A stretch of 64,000 bases of DNA from an uncultured Gemmatimonadota bacterium (GTDB lineage: Bacteria > SM23-81 > DAOVCL01), in NCBI GenBank assembly GCA_964626665.1, contig CAZVGK010000003.1, forward strand, positions 110,535 to 174,534, in the 5' to 3' direction. Every line of letters begins with the position of its first letter. The stretch's first letter is position 1. Shown here in pieces: positions 59,946 through 64,000 of this stretch. Both the position numbers and the translations under genes were made by a program. Below the pieces are notes generated by a model that was not told the DNA's origin, did no database searches, and worked only from the letters and a program-made list of their open reading frames with translations.

Positions 59946-61490
59946 ATGGTGGAAAACACACTTTTCCTCCTTCCCTGGATCCTCTCTTACCTTGAGGATA
60001 AACCAGATTGGAGTTACGGGGTCCCGGACAGGGTATTTGATCTTCCCTGGAGGCTAAGTCCGAGATGTGCCCACATCCCAGTGCTCTGTCTGTTGAGAAG
60101 GGGTGGGGGAAAGATCGCCTACCTTACTTCCAGAAGGTCAGGAAAATTGGATTCGATCAGAATCTATCGCTTTTATCCAAATTCCGGTAGGCTTGAGCAA
60201 CTAAAGTTCTTAGATAAAAGGGGAAATAGATACAGCGAATACAGGAAACATCATCAGGGGGATTGGCATAAGACCTTCTATCTAAAGAGAGAAGATTTCT
60301 CCGATGCTGAAGGAGGAACTGTTTATATCAAGGTGAAATTTGATGATCAGTTTATCATCTCCCCCAAAGATGAAAGGGAAACCACTTTTGCCTCTGTTCT
60401 CTTGGCGGACAAACCTTTACCAAAGCTCAGCGGATGGTTGGTGGGAGATGGACATATCCATACTGAACTCACCAACAATTCCAGCGAATATGGCCCCCCC
60501 TTGGAGGTTTTCCCATACGCCCGGGGTTGGTTTGGCCTTGACTACATAATTCTCACCGATCACGGCTTTGACCTCAAGGAAGCTGATTGGAAAAAGCTAC
60601 AAAGATTCGCTGGAGATAATAGCAGAAAGGATTTCACCATTTTAACTGGTGAGGAAATCCATGCCAAAAATGACCACAATTGGCTTCCCTCTTTTACAAA
60701 ATGCCACTCTATGCATATCTTGGGTTACAACTTAAGAGAACTAATAAAAACAGGAAGCACCATATTTCATTCCTATAATCCAAGCAAAAGGGAAAACACG
60801 GTTATGGCAGAGTTCCTCACCCATAACGAGGGAAGTTTCTGTTACATCGCCCATCCCCGGGCGGAAAGGGAAGGTAGATGGCAGTATGAATTGAAGAGAT
60901 TGAAAGATGAATATCTCGGCAACCCTATTGTAGGACTTGAGGTTTTAAATGGCGGAGATTTCGGAGAGCAGAAGAATAAAGATGCAATGAAATTGTTCAC
61001 CGAGCTCCTCCTTAAGGGGAAGAGGCTGTGGGCTGTGGGCAATAGTGATTCCCATTCTTTGCGGTTGGGTAGAGGAAGAACCTATATCAAAGCTGAGGAA
61101 AACATCGGAAAAGAGATTTTAGCCGCGCTGAAATCGGGAAAGACCGTGGCCACCAATGGGCCCTTTGGTTATCTCGAGGCAACCAATGAAAGGGAGGAGA
61201 AAACCGAACTGGGAGAGGTCCTAAGGGGTAAAGGATTTCAGCTTGTCCTGAGATGGGATGCGAATCCCAAACATCAATATACCAATCTCTCTTCGATAAT
61301 GGTCTATCTGGGAAAGGTAGGGGAGGTTAGGGAAAGGACAGTCCCCTTATCTAAAATTGACTACACCAAGGGATCATTCACCACGAGGGTCCATAAATTA
61401 AGGTCTGGTTCCTACTACATAAGGGCCGAATTCCTCATCTCTGAGGAGAGGAAGGCAGTAACCAGCCCTATCTTCTTAGAGGTAGAGTGA
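59946..61490 (+). CDS. PHP-family (CehA/McbA-like) metallohydrolase
   Basis: GDGHIHT, TDH, GEE, AHP, EVLNG, GNSDSH, TNGP. Confidence 0.85.
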   Translation: MVENTLFLLPWILSYLEDKPDWSYGVPDRVFDLPWRLSPRCAHIPVLCLLRRGGGKIAYLTSRRSGKLDSIRIYRFYPNSGRLEQLKFLDKRGNRYSEYRKHHQGDWHKTFYLKREDFSDAEGGTVYIKVKFDDQFIISPKDERETTFASVLLADKPLPKLSGWLVGDGHIHTELTNNSSEYGPPLEVFPYARGWFGLDYIILTDHGFDLKEADWKKLQRFAGDNSRKDFTILTGEEIHAKNDHNWLPSFTKCHSMHILGYNLRELIKTGSTIFHSYNPSKRENTVMAEFLTHNEGSFCYIAHPRAEREGRWQYELKRLKDEYLGNPIVGLEVLNGGDFGEQKNKDAMKLFTELLLKGKRLWAVGNSDSHSLRLGRGRTYIKAEENIGKEILAALKSGKTVATNGPFGYLEATNEREEKTELGEVLRGKGFQLVLRWDANPKHQYTNLSSIMVYLGKVGEVRERTVPLSKIDYTKGSFTTRVHKLRSGSYYIRAEFLISEERKAVTSPIFLEVE

Positions 61491-61504
61491 AAAGGGAATT
61501 GCCC

Positions 61505-61770
61505 TATGCTATAAACTCGTAAGATATTGTTTTTTTTACAAAATTTTCCAGGTTGCCTTGAGTAGAAGTCTTCTACCGCACTTTAGCGCGGGTTTGGGGC
61601 CTTCAGGCCCCCTGGGTTTGCATCCAGTGAACGGGCTAAAGCCCTACCAACCCCGGCTAAAGCCGGGTAGAAGATAGCTCACTTTGAGCTGGTAGATGCC
61701 CTCATCTGAGGGCCAGGAGGCAGTGGCAGATGAGGGGTTCTGCCACTTCGATATTCGGATTTAGGATTTC
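61505..61770. repeat. Repeat mosaic (TTCTACC element without inner module; inverted homolog of 7165-7250)
   Basis: Direct comparison. Confidence 0.85.
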
Positions 61771-61869
61771 CCCACTGGCTTCCCTCCTCGATGGTTTGAG
61801 AGGAAAACTCCGAATCTAAACAGGTGAGGGCCTCCTCCGGGGCTTCGCCAAGAGGAAGGGCATTTCCCC

Positions 61870-61898
61870 TTGACTTTCCAGTCTTTTTCGTTTACTAT
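61870..61898 (+). promoter_or_regulatory. Sigma70-type promoter; related copy at 62938-62966
   Basis: TTGACT-17-TACTAT. Confidence 0.7.
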
Positions 61899-61939
61899 TA
61901 GGAATATATGTGTTTATTTGTAAAATCTGGAGAGACCCG

Positions 61940-62326
61940 GTGAAGGAAGAAGTTAAAAACTGGTTAGACTCTGCTCAATATGATTTAGAAACTGCTAAGC
62001 ACATGTTTAGCACTGGCAGATATATCTATACGGTTTTTATGTGTCATCTCGGTCTGGAGAAAGCCCTGAAGGCAAAGGTTGAAGAAATCACTGGTAAAAC
62101 ACCGCCTAAAACCCATGACTTAGAATATCTTGTGGGACTTGCTGGGTTATCTCCAGATAACGATATGGAAAAGTTCATCGTGGAGATTAGCAATCTGAGT
62201 GTAGTTACAAGATACCCAAGTGACTTTCAAAGGATTCTTAAGAATTTTTCGCGGAAAAGAGCTAAACTTATTTTGCTAAAAGCGACGGAGGTTTTTCAGT
62301 GGATAAAAAGATCAATCTCATTATAA
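61940..62326 (+). CDS. HEPN domain protein
   Basis: W...A.YDL, F.CH...EKALKA, KTHDL, RYP. Confidence 0.9.
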   Translation: MKEEVKNWLDSAQYDLETAKHMFSTGRYIYTVFMCHLGLEKALKAKVEEITGKTPPKTHDLEYLVGLAGLSPDNDMEKFIVEISNLSVVTRYPSDFQRILKNFSRKRAKLILLKATEVFQWIKRSISL

Positions 62327-62619
62327 CTAAATACAAGCAGAGGCTTGAGACCCTGGGGATCAAGGTTCAAAAGATCGTCCTTTACGGCTCTTATACCTCA
62401 GGAAATGTCAAAGAGGAGAGTGACATAGATCTGGTCGTGGTATCTGATGACTTTAGAGATATGGATCTATGGGAGAGACTGTGCCTCCTGGGACGTGCTC
62501 GAATAGGGATTAAAAGACCAATGGAAATATTGGGACTTACTAGAGAAGAATATGCTGCAGAACGTAACGGCACATTTATTGCGGATGAGATCAAAGCAAA
62601 GGGAGTGTTAGTTATATAA
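62299..62619 (+). CDS. Minimal nucleotidyltransferase (MNT)
   Basis: LYGSY..G....SDIDLVV; overlaps HEPN gene. Confidence 0.9.
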   Translation: MDKKINLIITKYKQRLETLGIKVQKIVLYGSYTSGNVKEESDIDLVVVSDDFRDMDLWERLCLLGRARIGIKRPMEILGLTREEYAAERNGTFIADEIKAKGVLVI

Positions 62620-62937
62620 ACATAAAGGATTAGCCAAAGTCTTCTATGCTGACCTCTAGCTGGTTTCATTAGGCAAGATCTTAAAACCTGTTCCTGACAG
62701 TTTCAGGAATTTATGTCAAGCTTTTCAAGCCACCAAGAATAGATTGAAAAATACATGCTCTGTGGATGAAAGAGAGAGGGGAGCAATAGAGCGGGAGCCA
62801 GACTCCGTTTCCCTCAGCCAATAGTTTCTTTCACTCTTAATTCTACATTCTTCATTCCAGGCTTCGTCCGATTTATGTTGTCCACACCTTGTCGGTGTAG
62901 GCGAAGTCTCGCTAAGGGTGGGGAAAGGGCATTTCCC

Positions 62938-62966
62938 TTGACATACCCACCTTTTTCGCTTATTAT
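62938..62966 (+). promoter_or_regulatory. Sigma70-type promoter
   Basis: TTGACA-17-TATTAT. Confidence 0.7.
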
Positions 62967-63080
62967 CAGGAAAAGGACAATTAAAAAAAGCATACCCGAG
63001 CTTCGGATATGGGCAAGATAAGCTAAATGGCGCTGGTAACGTCACAAAGCTGAAGTATAATCAAACATTAGGAGGAGAAG

Positions 63081-63614
63081 ATGACTAATTTTAAGGATCG
63101 TATTATTCGAGCAGCTAAATTAGATGTTAACCTGTATGAAGAGGTTGAGGCTGATAAGGGGGCATTGGGTCAGGCTATGGGGGTTGTTGTTCTCTCCAGT
63201 ATAGCCGCTGGGGTAGGAAGTATTGCCAGAGGAGGACTTGGCGGGATTCTGATGGGAACAATTGCAGCTCTTATTGGATGGTATGTCTGGGCCTATTTCA
63301 CTTATTTTATTGGCACTAGATTCCTCCCAGGGCCACAGACTAAAGCAGATTACGGTGAGTTGTTACGCACCATCGGTTTTTCAAGCTCCCCTGGGTTGAT
63401 TCGAATACTGGGTATCATTCCAGGGTTGGCAGGATTCGTTTTCTTAGTTGCTTCAATTTGGATGCTGATAGCAATGGTGATCGCCGTAAGACAAGCTCTT
63501 GATTATCAGAGCACATTACGCGCTGTAGGGGTATGCGTGATCGGCTGGATCATTCAAATGTTAGTCCTTCTGTTATTGTTTTCTATTTTAGGCGGTTCCG
63601 CAAAGCCAGTCTAA
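63081..63614 (+). CDS. YIP1-family membrane protein
   Basis: YEEVEAD...QA, LLRTIGFSSSPG, VIAVRQALD; SD AGGAGG. Confidence 0.8.
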   Translation: MTNFKDRIIRAAKLDVNLYEEVEADKGALGQAMGVVVLSSIAAGVGSIARGGLGGILMGTIAALIGWYVWAYFTYFIGTRFLPGPQTKADYGELLRTIGFSSSPGLIRILGIIPGLAGFVFLVASIWMLIAMVIAVRQALDYQSTLRAVGVCVIGWIIQMLVLLLLFSILGGSAKPV

Positions 63615-63798
63615 TACTTTTTCATATAGCCGTCAAAACATCAGATAACAAAGTATTTACGGTTTCACTCTGCTTAACCCTGCCAAGGCGGGGTTGCTTA
63701 AACGATAAGCTAAATGGCGTTGGCAACGCTACAAAGCAAAGGGGTAGCTAAGCTTGATTCCCAAGGAAAGCTAACGGGCTAAATAAGAGCACCATTTA

Positions 63799-63901
63799 AC
63801 CTAACGGTGTGGCGGGTAAGCGGCTTCGCTTCTTACCCAGTTCCCAAGAGTGAAAGCGAGTTTTCTCCAGCGAACTTTGCTTACCCGTCGCCCTGTTATA
63901 T
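63799..63901 (+). other. attC-like recombination site
   Basis: ACCTAAC (RYYYAAC) ... GGCGGGTAAGC / GCTTACCCGTC imperfect stem ... GTTATAT; 103 bp. Confidence 0.6.
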
Positions 63902-64000
63902 GAAAATTAAACCCTCTATAATCAAGGGAAGCCAAAATACTCTTGAACCCGACTTCCGCAGTAAAAAGGCTAAGTGGTTGTAAATTATGACTTAGATTTT

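Noticed and set aside
62725-63045. Possible transposase remnant (106-aa minus ORF)
   Set aside because: No DDE or HUH motif; overlaps promoter and hairpin DNA
63017-63050. c-di-GMP-I riboswitch
   Set aside because: Only loose GCnAAA..CAAAGC resemblance; GAAA tetraloop and downstream stem not evident

Overview
64 kb of bacterial chromosome. The organism is probably an anaerobic diderm of an FCB-related candidate lineage (inference from four secreted proteins with QNYPNPFN...GIYFY T9SS-type A/FlgD-like tails, tandem GWxTD genes and archaeal-type metabolic genes). Bases 1-24,100 (- strand) are a purine/pyrimidine catabolic cluster: two molybdenum-hydroxylase triads, XdhC, MocA-like, adenine deaminase and preT/preA. 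preT and preA are separated by a ~7 kb insert carrying a secreted beta-helix protein and a low-GC DUF6602-like + HEPN-like pair. The rest holds nitroreductases, outer-membrane proteins, VapBC-like and HEPN/MNT toxin-antitoxin pairs, Thermococcales-type HypA/ATPase-HypB, nfeD-stomatin, thi4, patatin, three large secreted proteins, recJ-buk-hisC-ptb-rpiB, two GWxTD proteins, a DUF2089/DUF4097 operon, a PHP hydrolase and a YIP1 gene next to an attC-like site. I saw no rRNA, tRNA, CRISPR array, integrase or intact transposase. The strongest unexplained signal is intergenic: most long spacers are nested mosaics of about a dozen short palindromic or tandem repeat families. A GxxExxY nuclease gene and a four-helix-bundle gene are each bracketed by inverted tandem repeats, and gene-less copies of the same brackets sit at many gene junctions, often supplying the upstream gene's stop codon. 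This suggests an uncharacterised gene-junction-targeting mobile cassette system. All family assignments are from motif recognition by eye, not database searches.
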